A stretch of 64,000 nucleotides of DNA from Alphaproteobacteria bacterium. Its GTDB lineage: Bacteria > Pseudomonadota > Alphaproteobacteria > HIMB59 > GCA-002718135. This document shows, piece by piece, positions 50,511-59,816 of the stretch; the first letter of the stretch is position 1, and every line of letters begins with the position of its first letter. The position numbers and the translations under genes were made by a program. The DNA lies in contig JBJKYR010000053.1 in NCBI GenBank assembly GCA_045560945.1, forward strand, positions 7,605 through 71,604. The letters run 5' to 3'. A model generated the notes under the pieces. It ran no database searches. It saw nothing but the letters and a program-made list of their open reading frames with translations, and was not told where the DNA came from.

Positions 50511-50705
50511 ATGGCAAAAAAAACCTCATACGCTTTAAAGCAGCTAATACCTGAAGAAAACCCCAAAACAGGAACAAAATATATTGTTAGAAAACCAACA
50601 AAAGGTATGAAAGTTGCAGATAAATTAAGATTGAAAAAATATGATCCAGTTCTTAAGAAGCATGTATGGTTTGTTGAAAAAAAAATGCCTCCACATAGTA
50701 AGTAA
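50511..50705 (+). CDS. rpmG: 50S ribosomal protein L33
   Basis: 64 aa. KLRLKKYDPVLKKHVWFVEKK matches the alphaproteobacterial L33 core (..KKYDPV.RKHV.F.E.K). There are no Zn-ribbon cysteines. Confidence 0.75.
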   Translation: MAKKTSYALKQLIPEENPKTGTKYIVRKPTKGMKVADKLRLKKYDPVLKKHVWFVEKKMPPHSK

Positions 50706-50747
50706 AATTCTCTTTCTTTATAAATTTTATAACCTACATTTACACCT

Positions 50748-52172
50748 ATGATGGATAGAGTAGGAATTCACTGGTTTAGATTAGATTTAAGATTAAATGA
50801 TAATCCTGCACTTTATCAACTCTCTAAGGAAGTTGATACAATTATACCTATTTATATATATGAAGAAAATATTCAAATAGGGGAGGCATCCAAATGTTGG
50901 CTAGAAAAATCATTAGAAAGTTTAGATAACGAATTATCTAAACTTGATAGTAAGCTTTATGTCTTTAAAGGGGATCCAAAAAAAATCATACATAAAATTA
51001 TTGAAGATAACAATATATTATGTTTCACTTGGAATAGACTGTACGATAAACATTCAGTTAAAAGAGATAAAGAAATAAAATCCTTTTTGAATAAAAAAGC
51101 CATCGTTTGCAATACTTATAATGGGTATTTATTATCCGAACCTTGGGAATTAAAAAATAAATCTGGAAATTTTTTTAAAGTTTTTACACCTTTTTGGAAG
51201 GCAAACTTTGAGGCATTATTAAATAAAGAAAAATTCATAAGTTTAACAAATCAATATAAGTTTTATAAAAAAAATATTAAGTCTGTTTTAAAAATAGATG
51301 AATTAAAATTAAATATACCTAAAAAAGAATGGATGAATAGAATACTATCTTATTGGGATATAGGTGAGAATGCAGCTAAATTAAAACTTACAAAATTTAT
51401 AAATAACAAATTATATAATTATAACACTGGTAGAGATAGACCGGATACTGACTTTACATCAAAAATCTCCCCCCATTTACATTTTGGAGAAATTGCTCCT
51501 TTAAGAATTTTTAATGAAGTTATGAAATCTAATATCGATGAAAAGAATAAAACCAAATATTTATCAGAAATAGGGTGGAGAGATTTTTCATATAATCTTT
51601 TGTTTAATTATCCAGAAATGACTGATCTTCCGATCCAATCAAAATTTGAAAAATTTCCATGGCAAAGAGACAAAAAAAATTTAATTACTTGGAAAGAAGG
51701 AAAAACTGGTATTCCGATTGTTGATGCAGGAATGAAAGAATTATATGAAATGGGCTGGATGCATAATAGAGTAAGAATGATTGTAGGCTCATTTTTAACA
51801 AAAAATCTTTTACTTCACTGGAAAGAAGGAGAGAGGTGGTTTTTTGATACTTTAGTTGATGCAGATATTGGATCAAATTCAGCAGGTTGGCAATGGATTG
51901 CAGGTAGTGGAGCAGATGCAAGTCCATATTTTAGAATTTTTAATCCAATATTACAGGGTAAAAAATTTGACCCCAAAGGAGAATATGTTAAACAATTCAT
52001 ACCCTCTCTAGATAAAATACCTGAAAAATTTATTCATTCTCCGTGGGAAATGACAGTTGAAGAACAAGAAAAATATAATTTTATATTAGGTCGAGATTAC
52101 CCAAAACCAATCGTTGATTTAAGTGATACGCGAAAAAGAGCCTTAGAGGCTTTTAAAAAAATAAGTGAATAA
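50748..52172 (+). CDS. phr: Deoxyribodipyrimidine photolyase (CPD class I type)
   Basis: 474 aa. It starts IHWFRLDLRLNDNPAL, and the FAD-binding C-terminal motifs are GWMHNRVRMIVGSFLTK and DADIGSNSAGWQW. Confidence 0.9.
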   Translation: MMDRVGIHWFRLDLRLNDNPALYQLSKEVDTIIPIYIYEENIQIGEASKCWLEKSLESLDNELSKLDSKLYVFKGDPKKIIHKIIEDNNILCFTWNRLYDKHSVKRDKEIKSFLNKKAIVCNTYNGYLLSEPWELKNKSGNFFKVFTPFWKANFEALLNKEKFISLTNQYKFYKKNIKSVLKIDELKLNIPKKEWMNRILSYWDIGENAAKLKLTKFINNKLYNYNTGRDRPDTDFTSKISPHLHFGEIAPLRIFNEVMKSNIDEKNKTKYLSEIGWRDFSYNLLFNYPEMTDLPIQSKFEKFPWQRDKKNLITWKEGKTGIPIVDAGMKELYEMGWMHNRVRMIVGSFLTKNLLLHWKEGERWFFDTLVDADIGSNSAGWQWIAGSGADASPYFRIFNPILQGKKFDPKGEYVKQFIPSLDKIPEKFIHSPWEMTVEEQEKYNFILGRDYPKPIVDLSDTRKRALEAFKKISE

Positions 52173-53460
52173 GATTTCTAAAAAGAAAATTGCTGTAATC
52201 GGGTCAGGTATTGCTGGTATTAGTGCTTCTTATTTTCTATCGTCAAAATATGATGTTCATCTTTTTGAAAAAAATAATTATTTAGGTGGTCACACTAGGA
52301 CTGTGAAAGTACCAACTGATAATAATATTTCTATAGATACAGGTTTTATAGTTTTTAATGACAAAAATTATCCAGATTTAGTTAAATTTTTCGAACATTT
52401 AAATATAAAAACAATGAATTCAGATATGTCATTTGCTGTTTCAGATATTAATTATAATATTGAGTATGGAGGTAAAAATCTTAAATCCTTATTTGGGCAA
52501 TATAAAAATATTTTTAATATTAGTTATTTAAAAATGATTTATGAAATTTTTCGTTTCTATAAAATATGTAAAAATTTAAAATTAGATAACATTAATAATA
52601 ATTTTACTATTGAAGACTTTCTTAATAGCAATAGTTTTTCATTATATTTAAAAAAACTTCATATTTATCCTTTAATATCATCAATTTGGTCGACAAATCA
52701 AAATGATGTAAAGAATTTTCCTCTAAAGTTGTTTTTAAACTTTTTTAATAATCATGACTTATTTAATATTAAAAACAGACCTCAGTGGAAATATGTTCAG
52801 GGTGGCAGTAATTCATATATAAAAAAAATCTTAGAACTGAAGAAATTCAATTATAACCTTAATGCAAAAATAAATAAGATAGTTAGATTTGATAATGGTT
52901 TAAAAATAATTAAAAATAATGAAGAGATTGCATTTGATTATCTTATTATTGCCACTCATGCAGATCAAGCTCTAAAAATAATAGATAATCCTACAGATGA
53001 TGAAAAAAAAATCTTATCAGAGTTTCAGTATACTAGCAATAGAGCATATCTCCATTCAGACAGATCAATGATGCCCAAAAATAAAAAAACATGGTCTAGT
53101 TGGAATTTTATTAAAAATAAAAAGGAAGATGTAAATTTCACATTAACTTATTGGATGAATAACCTTCAAAAATTACAAACTAAAAAAGAATATTTTGTAA
53201 CAATTAATCCTGAAAAGACTCCAGAAACTATACATAATGAGAAATCTTTTACACATCCAAAATTTAATTTACAAACGATGAAATCTCAAAGTAAACTAAA
53301 AGATTTGCAAGGAGTTAATAATACATTCTTTTGTGGTGCTTATCATGGTTATGGATTTCATGAAGATGGAATTCAATCAGCTGCTTACATTTCAAAAATG
53401 TTGAATGTTGATATCCCTTGGAAAAGAGATAATAACTTTTATAATAGACTTTTGTATTAA
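52165..53460 (+). CDS. FAD/NAD(P)-binding amine-oxidase/desaturase-like oxidoreductase
   Basis: 431 aa with the N-terminal KIAVIGSGIAGISASYFL dinucleotide motif. It overlaps the photolyase stop by 8 nt and is the first member of the conserved FAD-oxidoreductase/DUF1365/Cfa-like/DUF2878 set. Confidence 0.7.
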   Translation: MNKISKKKIAVIGSGIAGISASYFLSSKYDVHLFEKNNYLGGHTRTVKVPTDNNISIDTGFIVFNDKNYPDLVKFFEHLNIKTMNSDMSFAVSDINYNIEYGGKNLKSLFGQYKNIFNISYLKMIYEIFRFYKICKNLKLDNINNNFTIEDFLNSNSFSLYLKKLHIYPLISSIWSTNQNDVKNFPLKLFLNFFNNHDLFNIKNRPQWKYVQGGSNSYIKKILELKKFNYNLNAKINKIVRFDNGLKIIKNNEEIAFDYLIIATHADQALKIIDNPTDDEKKILSEFQYTSNRAYLHSDRSMMPKNKKTWSSWNFIKNKKEDVNFTLTYWMNNLQKLQTKKEYFVTINPEKTPETIHNEKSFTHPKFNLQTMKSQSKLKDLQGVNNTFFCGAYHGYGFHEDGIQSAAYISKMLNVDIPWKRDNNFYNRLLY

Positions 53461-53465
53461 ATCAA

Positions 53466-54239
53466 ATGAACACAAAGATTATAGTTTCTTCAATAGTTCA
53501 TAAACGTTATGGAAAAATTGAGCATTTTTTTAAATATAAAGTACCAAGTTTATTTATAGATCTTGATGAGCTAGAAATGATACAATCAAAATCAAAAATT
53601 TTTTCAGTAAATTCATTCAATATATTTTCTTTTAATGAAAAAGATCATGGATATAGAGATGAAAGATCGATTAAGGAATTTATAATTGAAATGTTACAAA
53701 ACTATGATGTAAACTATAGGAATTTAAAAATTAAAATACTTTGCTTTCCCAGAATTTTTGGATATGTTTTTAATCCTCTTTCAATTATTTATTGTTATGA
53801 TAAAGATAAATTAATCTCAATATTTTATGAAGTTAAAAATACCTCCAATGAACAACATACTTATATATTTGCAAGAGGACATAGTAAAATTTTAAAAGCC
53901 TTAACTCATGAATGTCAAAAAAATTTTTATGTTTCTCCTTTCATTGGAATGAAGGGTAAGTATTTATTTACAAATAAACTGACCAATGACTATATAAATA
54001 TTATTATAGACCTATATGATAATAATAATAAAAAAATACTTATGGCTTCACAATCAGGCAAATTTATAGATTTCAAAGTATCTAAATTATTAAAATATAA
54101 TCTTTTAAACCCTCTATTTGGTTTTAAAATAATGTCTGCCATTTTGCTTGAGGCTATAATAATTTTTTTTAAAGGTGGAAAATATTATGCTAGAAAGAAA
54201 AAACCAAAAGATACCATATCATTTGAAGGAAGTTTTTAA
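53466..54239 (+). CDS. DUF1365 family protein
   Basis: 257 aa. The start pattern (G.V.H.R......H.F.Y......IDLDEL) and PRIFGYVFNPLS block fit DUF1365. It occupies the canonical position between the FAD oxidoreductase and the Cfa-like methyltransferase. Confidence 0.65.
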   Translation: MNTKIIVSSIVHKRYGKIEHFFKYKVPSLFIDLDELEMIQSKSKIFSVNSFNIFSFNEKDHGYRDERSIKEFIIEMLQNYDVNYRNLKIKILCFPRIFGYVFNPLSIIYCYDKDKLISIFYEVKNTSNEQHTYIFARGHSKILKALTHECQKNFYVSPFIGMKGKYLFTNKLTNDYINIIIDLYDNNNKKILMASQSGKFIDFKVSKLLKYNLLNPLFGFKIMSAILLEAIIIFFKGGKYYARKKKPKDTISFEGSF

Positions 54240-55429
54240 TGCATTTATATAATAAATTTAAACCACCATTTGAAATTGTTTCGCAAAAATTTCTTTCAAA
54301 AATTAAATATGGAGAATTATCAGTAACTTTCCCGTCTGGCTCTATGCAATCATTTACAGGTATTAATAGTACACTTAAAGCAGATTTAACTATAAATAAT
54401 TACAAATTTATTTCTAAAATTTTAAAGAGAAAATCAGTTGGATTTGCAGAGTCATACATGGACGGTGATTTTAGTTCTTCAAATTTAACTAATTTATTAT
54501 TGCTAGCATTTAGAAATGAAAATCATTTCTTAGAAAATTTAAAATCAAATATTTTTTTTAACATTTATTCTAAATTTAAACATTTTCTTAATGAAAACAC
54601 AAAGTCTCAAAGTAAAAAAAATATTCAGTATCATTATGATCTAGGTAATAATTTTTATACAAAGTGGCTAGACAGAAGCATGACTTACTCTTCAGCATAT
54701 TTTGAAAAAGAAAATCAAAATTTATTTGATGCCCAATTAAATAAATATCATAAAATAGCAGAATCACTCAATTTAAATGAGAATTCTAAAGTCCTTGAAA
54801 TAGGTTGTGGCTGGGGGGGATTTTCCTCTTATGCCGCAAAACACTTTAAATCTAAAATTGATGCAATTACTATATCTAAGGAGCAATATGAATATGCATC
54901 AAATAAAATTCAAAAAGAGGGTTTGGGAGAAAAAGTATCAATTAAATTTAAGGATTATAGAGATATTGATACTCAATACTCCAATATAGCCTCTATAGAA
55001 ATGTTTGAAGCTGTAGGAAAAAAATATTGGGAAAAGTACTTTGATATTCTTAGAAACTCTTTATTAAATTCTGGCAAAGCAGTATTGCAAATCATTACAA
55101 TAGATGAAAAAAGATTTTTAAATTATCAAAATCAACCAGATTTTATTCAACAGTATATTTTCCCCGGTGGAATGCTTCCAACTAAAAAAGAACTTTTAGA
55201 AATAAATAACAAAGTAGGTCTTGATTTTAAAGAAATAAAAAGTTTTGGATTATCATACGCTAAAACTCTAAGTCTTTGGAATACACAATTTCAAAGTTCA
55301 TGGAATGATCTAGTTAAGCTTGGATTTAATGATAGGTTTAAAAGAATGTGGGAGTTTTATTTAGCTTATTGTGAAACAGGCTTCATAAGTCAGTCAACAG
55401 ATGTATCTCATTTTCTTATTACCAAATGA
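54239..55429 (+). CDS. Cyclopropane-fatty-acyl-phospholipid synthase family SAM-dependent methyltransferase
   Basis: 396 aa with the IQYHYDLGNNFY and SSAYF motifs and SAM motif I (VLEIGCGWGG). The C-terminal WEFYLAYCE is typical of the Cfa/mycolic acid methyltransferase family. Confidence 0.85.
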   Translation: MHLYNKFKPPFEIVSQKFLSKIKYGELSVTFPSGSMQSFTGINSTLKADLTINNYKFISKILKRKSVGFAESYMDGDFSSSNLTNLLLLAFRNENHFLENLKSNIFFNIYSKFKHFLNENTKSQSKKNIQYHYDLGNNFYTKWLDRSMTYSSAYFEKENQNLFDAQLNKYHKIAESLNLNENSKVLEIGCGWGGFSSYAAKHFKSKIDAITISKEQYEYASNKIQKEGLGEKVSIKFKDYRDIDTQYSNIASIEMFEAVGKKYWEKYFDILRNSLLNSGKAVLQIITIDEKRFLNYQNQPDFIQQYIFPGGMLPTKKELLEINNKVGLDFKEIKSFGLSYAKTLSLWNTQFQSSWNDLVKLGFNDRFKRMWEFYLAYCETGFISQSTDVSHFLITK

Positions 55430-55944
55430 GTAAAATAAAAATCTTTTTTATGCTCTCTGGCTATCAGTTAACATGGCTCATGTGTGTTTTTGGTGAAATT
55501 TTGTATAAAAGTTTTTTACTAGGCTTAATTTGTGGTCTAATTTTTTTATTTTTAGCTTTCACAAATTCACAAAATAAATGGAAATTTACCTTTATAGTAT
55601 TTTCAATTTCAGTGGTTGGATATTTATTTGACTCAATCTTAGTACATTTTAAAATATATAATTTTGAGTCATCTTTATCTTTTGGATGGTTGCCTATATG
55701 GATGATTGTTCTATGGCCAAGTTTTGCATCTTTATTTGATGAAGTATTTGTTTTTTTATCAAAATATAAATTAATAGCTCTTTTACTTAGTGCAGTTTTA
55801 GGTCCATTAACTTATTATTCAGGTAGTCCACTTGGCCTAATTGATATCAATCAATTATTGCTCTTTTTTATTTTAATGACGACTTTTTGGCTATTTTTAA
55901 TGTTTTTTTATTTAAATTATTTGTTGAAAGTAAAATTTAATTAG
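55426..55944 (+). CDS. DUF2878-like small membrane protein
   Basis: 172 aa with 4-5 hydrophobic spans. It has an ATGA overlap with the Cfa-like gene. The call rests mainly on conserved neighbourhood. Confidence 0.45.
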   Translation: MSKIKIFFMLSGYQLTWLMCVFGEILYKSFLLGLICGLIFLFLAFTNSQNKWKFTFIVFSISVVGYLFDSILVHFKIYNFESSLSFGWLPIWMIVLWPSFASLFDEVFVFLSKYKLIALLLSAVLGPLTYYSGSPLGLIDINQLLLFFILMTTFWLFLMFFYLNYLLKVKFN

Positions 55945-56521
55945 ATTCAGTTTCAGCTAATAATTTTGCTTTAGCCTCTGCAGCTTCTTGCCTATCTTTT
56001 TTATTTTTAGCACGGTTAAGGGCTTTTTCAAGATCTTGAAATGTGCAAAGGCCTGTGTCCATTGGGCTTTTTGCTTCAAGTATTGCTTCTCTAAAAGTTC
56101 CATTACGAATTGCTTCAACTGTATTTTTAGTAGATCCAGTTAGCTTTGCAATTTGTGAGCTACTTAATTCATCAGGATATCTTTTAATTAGCCAAAATAT
56201 TGCATATGGCTTTTCTTGCCTCAATGATAATGGGGTATATTTAGAGTCCTTTTTTCTTGGAGGAAGGGAGTCAATTACCTCTGAAGAAATTAAATTTAAT
56301 CTAGCTTTAGGATCACTTTCACATCTTACTATCTCTTCTTTTGTTAGTTGTTTATTATCAACTGGATCATAACCACGCATACCTACAGCAACCTCACCAT
56401 CTGCTATTCCTTGAACTTCTAATTCATGAAGCCCGCAAAATTCAGATATTTGATCAAAACTAAGTGAAGTATTGTCTATCAGCCATATTGCTGTTGCTTT
56501 TGGCATAAGTGGTAATTTCAT
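55937..56521 (-). CDS. DUF1013 protein (alphaproteobacterial cell-cycle regulator TrcR family)
   Basis: 194 aa. The N-terminus LMPKATAIWLIDNTSLSFDQISEFCGLHELEVQGIADGEVA is the conserved DUF1013 signature. Confidence 0.7.
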   Translation of the reverse strand: MKLPLMPKATAIWLIDNTSLSFDQISEFCGLHELEVQGIADGEVAVGMRGYDPVDNKQLTKEEIVRCESDPKARLNLISSEVIDSLPPRKKDSKYTPLSLRQEKPYAIFWLIKRYPDELSSSQIAKLTGSTKNTVEAIRNGTFREAILEAKSPMDTGLCTFQDLEKALNRAKNKKDRQEAAEAKAKLLAETESN

Positions 56522-56585
56522 ATTTTATCCTTTTATAAAAAAAAAACTCTTATAAATATATTCCTATCAATTTAATATAAAATAA

Positions 56586-56774
56586 TTGCTTATGATAGAT
56601 TTTTTAGAAATTAATGAAAAGGAAAAGACTATAAAAAGCCTTAATTTAGAGGATTTGAGTATAGATAATTTAAAACAATATATTTTTGAACTTCAGGAAG
56701 AGATTAAAAGAGTTAAAGAGGAAATTAGTCTAAAAGAAAGCTCTATAAATGAAGCCAAAAAATATTTTAAATAA
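56586..56774 (+). CDS. DUF1192-like small coiled-coil protein
   Basis: 62 aa. The LSIDNLKQYIFELQEEIKRVKEEI pattern is like DUF1192 (L...ELE.RI..L..EI.R...). Confidence 0.45.
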   Translation: MLMIDFLEINEKEKTIKSLNLEDLSIDNLKQYIFELQEEIKRVKEEISLKESSINEAKKYFK

Positions 56775-57002
56775 TTATTTAGATATTTTTACACCTTTAA
56801 AACGTTTCTGAAATCTTGCTACCTGTCCTTCAGCTTCGTTTAAATTTGCTTTTCCACCAGTCCAAGCAGGATGAGACTTTGGGTCAATATCCAACTTGAG
56901 TGTGTCGTTTTCTTTGCCCCATGTAGATTTTGTCTTAAATGTTGATCCATCAGTCATTACAACATTTATTTCATGATAATCTGGATGTATACTTTTTTTC
57001 AT
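56775..57002 (-). CDS. rpmE: 50S ribosomal protein L31
   Basis: 75 aa. [20 protein letters not shown]...HPAWTGG is canonical L31, in the Cys-less form. Confidence 0.9.
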   Translation of the reverse strand: MKKSIHPDYHEINVVMTDGSTFKTKSTWGKENDTLKLDIDPKSHPAWTGGKANLNEAEGQVARFQKRFKGVKISK

Positions 57003-57075
57003 TTGTGAAGTCTTATAGTCAAATATATTTTAAAGTAAAGTTAGATTTTCTGTCAATTTCTTATGAATTAAAGAG

Positions 57076-57810
57076 TTAGAAACAAGTATATCTCTTGAAT
57101 TTGTTGTCCATTTTTTTTCCATCTGGCTCTGTTATTTTCCCACCAGCCTCTTTTACAAGTAAGACACCGGAAGAGATATCCCATAAATTTAGATCTCTTT
57201 CCCAGAAACCATCAATTTTGCCAGAGGCAACATATGCTAAATCTAAGGCAGCAGCGCCTAATCTTCTTACTCCGGCAGAATTTTTAGACATATTATCTAG
57301 TTCTTTATAAAAGTTTTTATAAACCCTATTTCCAAAAGGAATCCCTGTTCCTATCAAGCAATTTGTTAAATCATGTCTTTTTGAAACTCTTAATCGTTTG
57401 TTGTTGCACCAAGAACCTTGCCCTAAAGATGCCCAATAAAATTCATTTAAAATAGGATTATAAACAACACCATCAGTTATTTCATTGTTTACTATTTTTG
57501 CAATTACGATGGCAACAAGAGGAATTCCATGAATAAAGTTTGTAGTTCCATCAATTGGATCAATAACTATCATCTCCCCTTCACCTTTAATATAACCTGA
57601 TTCTTCAGTTAAAAAATTAACTTTTGGATAATAATATCTTAAGGTTTCTAATAAAGATTTCTCAACTTTTAAATCAGCACTAGTAACAAAGTCACCAACA
57701 TTTTTTGACTGTATTTGTAAATTTTCTATTTCACCAAAATCACGTGTTAGTATTCTACCAGCTTTTCTTGCTGCTTTTTCAAAAATATTGATTGTCGATG
57801 GCAAGATCAT
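57076..57810 (-). CDS. suhB: Inositol monophosphatase family protein (SuhB-like); C-terminus apparently displaced by a homopolymer frameshift
   Basis: 244 aa with LTEESG, IDPIDGTTNF and WDISSG motifs. After the run at 57111-57118 the conserved C-terminal sequence (DILVSNSLIHKKLTENL) is encoded in another frame that ends at 57030. Confidence 0.8.
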   Translation of the reverse strand: MILPSTINIFEKAARKAGRILTRDFGEIENLQIQSKNVGDFVTSADLKVEKSLLETLRYYYPKVNFLTEESGYIKGEGEMIVIDPIDGTTNFIHGIPLVAIVIAKIVNNEITDGVVYNPILNEFYWASLGQGSWCNNKRLRVSKRHDLTNCLIGTGIPFGNRVYKNFYKELDNMSKNSAGVRRLGAAALDLAYVASGKIDGFWERDLNLWDISSGVLLVKEAGGKITEPDGKKMDNKFKRYTCF

Positions 57811-58376
57811 TTTTTTACTTTTTCAACATAACTTGCATTTGTGGTACTTATTACTATGTAGTCTTCAGTTGATATAAAGGGTGGCACAGAAGTTTTTATT
57901 CCTCCAGTTAATATGGCAGGCTTATATGATGACGCAGCAGTTTGACCTTTGACTACTGCTTCAGTCTCTTCAACTTTTAAAATTATATTATCAGGCAGCT
58001 CTAAACCAACAACTGACTCTTCATAAAATTGAAGATTAATATTATCGTTTTCAATTAAAAATTTAGATTGATTTTCTGTTATTATATCATCACCAACCTC
58101 AATTTGTTCGTATGTTGAATTATCCATGAAGACAAACTTATTATTTTCAGAGTATAAAAATTGACAAATTTTTTCATCCAGAATAGCCCTTTCTACACTT
58201 TCTGAGGATCTAAATCTTCCATTCATTTTTGTGCCTTCTCGAATTTCTTTCATCTCAACCTGTAAATAGGCACCTCCCTTACCTGGTTGCGTGTGTTGAG
58301 TTTTTAATACTCGCCACAATTTAGAATTAATTTCTAAAATGTTTCCAACCTTAATTTGATTACCATCAATTTTCAT
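57807..58376 (-). CDS. efp: Elongation factor P
   Basis: 189 aa. The QHTQPGKGGAYLQVEMKEIREG loop and overall pattern are canonical EF-P. Confidence 0.95.
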   Translation of the reverse strand: MKIDGNQIKVGNILEINSKLWRVLKTQHTQPGKGGAYLQVEMKEIREGTKMNGRFRSSESVERAILDEKICQFLYSENNKFVFMDNSTYEQIEVGDDIITENQSKFLIENDNINLQFYEESVVGLELPDNIILKVEETEAVVKGQTAASSYKPAILTGGIKTSVPPFISTEDYIVISTTNASYVEKVKK

Positions 58377-58788
58377 TTTTTTTCCTAGAGTATATTTTTT
58401 TAATTTTTAAATTAATATTTTTTATTTTTCTGCAGTCTACTATATTAAAAGAAGGATTTAATAAAACTCTATTTTTATCTGCTATCTCTCTAATTTTTTT
58501 TAAAATAATTGAATTACCCCTAAGTTTTATATATTCAATTTCTTTTATTGCCATTCTTATACTTAGGCTACTGTCAAAACCACAATCAATGAACAATTTA
58601 AAGCTTGATTTTCCAAATTTTGAAATTAACACTTTTTGAAAAATCAAAACATATTCAGGACCAAAGCCACTAAGAATATAATATTTAAAATGAAGTATGG
58701 GTTTGATTTTATGGATTTTAGACTCTAAAATAATGTCTTCAGCTTGATCAAGCTTACTTATTGTAAAAGCAAATAATTTCTTACTCAC
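58366..58788 (-). CDS. Hypothetical protein (GTG start, no recognisable family)
   Basis: 140-aa ORF filling the whole gap between the gap stop (58789) and the efp start, with an 11-nt overlap on efp. I recognise no motifs, and the composition is AT-driven. Confidence 0.3.
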   Translation of the reverse strand: MSKKLFAFTISKLDQAEDIILESKIHKIKPILHFKYYILSGFGPEYVLIFQKVLISKFGKSSFKLFIDCGFDSSLSIRMAIKEIEYIKLRGNSIILKKIREIADKNRVLLNPSFNIVDCRKIKNINLKIKKIYSRKKNEN

Positions 58789-59793
58789 CTATAATAATTT
58801 TTTTAAATCAAGCATCGTTTCAATCATTCGATTTGAGAAACCCCATTCATTATCATACCAGGACAAAACTCTGCAAAATCTACCATTAAGAACTTGAGTT
58901 TGAGTTAAATCAAACACAGAACTACTTGAGTTGTGATTAAAATCTATTGAAACTAATGGCAATTCATTGGTAGTTAAAATATTTTTTAACCCCTTAGTTT
59001 TACTTGCATTAATTGCTAGTTTGTTAATTTTTTCTACAGTAGTTTTTTTCTTAGAGGTAAATGTAAAATCAATTAGTGACACATTAGGTGTTGGAACTCT
59101 TATTGCTGTTCCATCAAGCTTTCCTTTCATTTTTGGCAAAACTAAACTAAGAGCTTTAGCTGCACCAGTAGAAGTAGGTATCATTGATATAGCCGCCCCT
59201 CTTGCCCTTCTTAGATCACTATGACTTTGATCGACAGTCCTTTGATCACCAGTATAACTATGTATAGTAGTCATAAAACCACTTTCAATACCAACTCCCT
59301 TATCAAGTACCATAGCAACTGGAGCTAAACAATTAGTAGTACAAGATCCATTTGATATAATGTTATGTTTTTTTGTTAATATTTGATTATTAACACCTTG
59401 AACAATTGTAGCATCAACATTTGAAGCTGGAGCAGAAATAATTACTTTTTTTGCTCCTGCACTAATGTGCGCGTTTGATTTTTCTTTACTAGAAAAAACT
59501 CCACTACATTCTAGAACTATATCAACCTTAAGTTTTTTCCATGGAAGATTAATTGGATTTCTTTCGCTAAAAAATTTAATTGTTTTATTTTTATACTTTA
59601 ATCCATCTTTGCTTTTTTTTATTTTAAAGGGAAGCTTTCCATGAATACTGTCAAATTGCATTAAATGCAAACTTGAGTCTAAGCTCCCAAGTTCATTTAT
59701 TGCAACTATTTCTGCACCTTTTAAGTTTTTTTCTAGAAAAGCTCTAAAAACTAATTTTCCAATTCTTCCAAATCCATTAATTGCTACTCTCAT
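58789..59793 (-). CDS. gap: Glyceraldehyde-3-phosphate dehydrogenase (type I)
   Basis: 334 aa with the MRVAINGFGRIGK start, the catalytic SNGSCTTNCLAP motif and WYDNEWGFS. Confidence 0.95.
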   Translation of the reverse strand: MRVAINGFGRIGKLVFRAFLEKNLKGAEIVAINELGSLDSSLHLMQFDSIHGKLPFKIKKSKDGLKYKNKTIKFFSERNPINLPWKKLKVDIVLECSGVFSSKEKSNAHISAGAKKVIISAPASNVDATIVQGVNNQILTKKHNIISNGSCTTNCLAPVAMVLDKGVGIESGFMTTIHSYTGDQRTVDQSHSDLRRARGAAISMIPTSTGAAKALSLVLPKMKGKLDGTAIRVPTPNVSLIDFTFTSKKKTTVEKINKLAINASKTKGLKNILTTNELPLVSIDFNHNSSSSVFDLTQTQVLNGRFCRVLSWYDNEWGFSNRMIETMLDLKKLL

Positions 59794-59816
59794 TCTCTTG
59801 CCTCTCTGTTATTTTA

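Noticed and set aside
50511-57002. Cys-less forms of ribosomal proteins L33 and L31, considered as zinc-sparing paralogues.
   Set aside because: Only one copy of each is visible. Cys-less forms are the normal primary copies in many alphaproteobacteria, and no Zur box or paralogue pair is present in the window.
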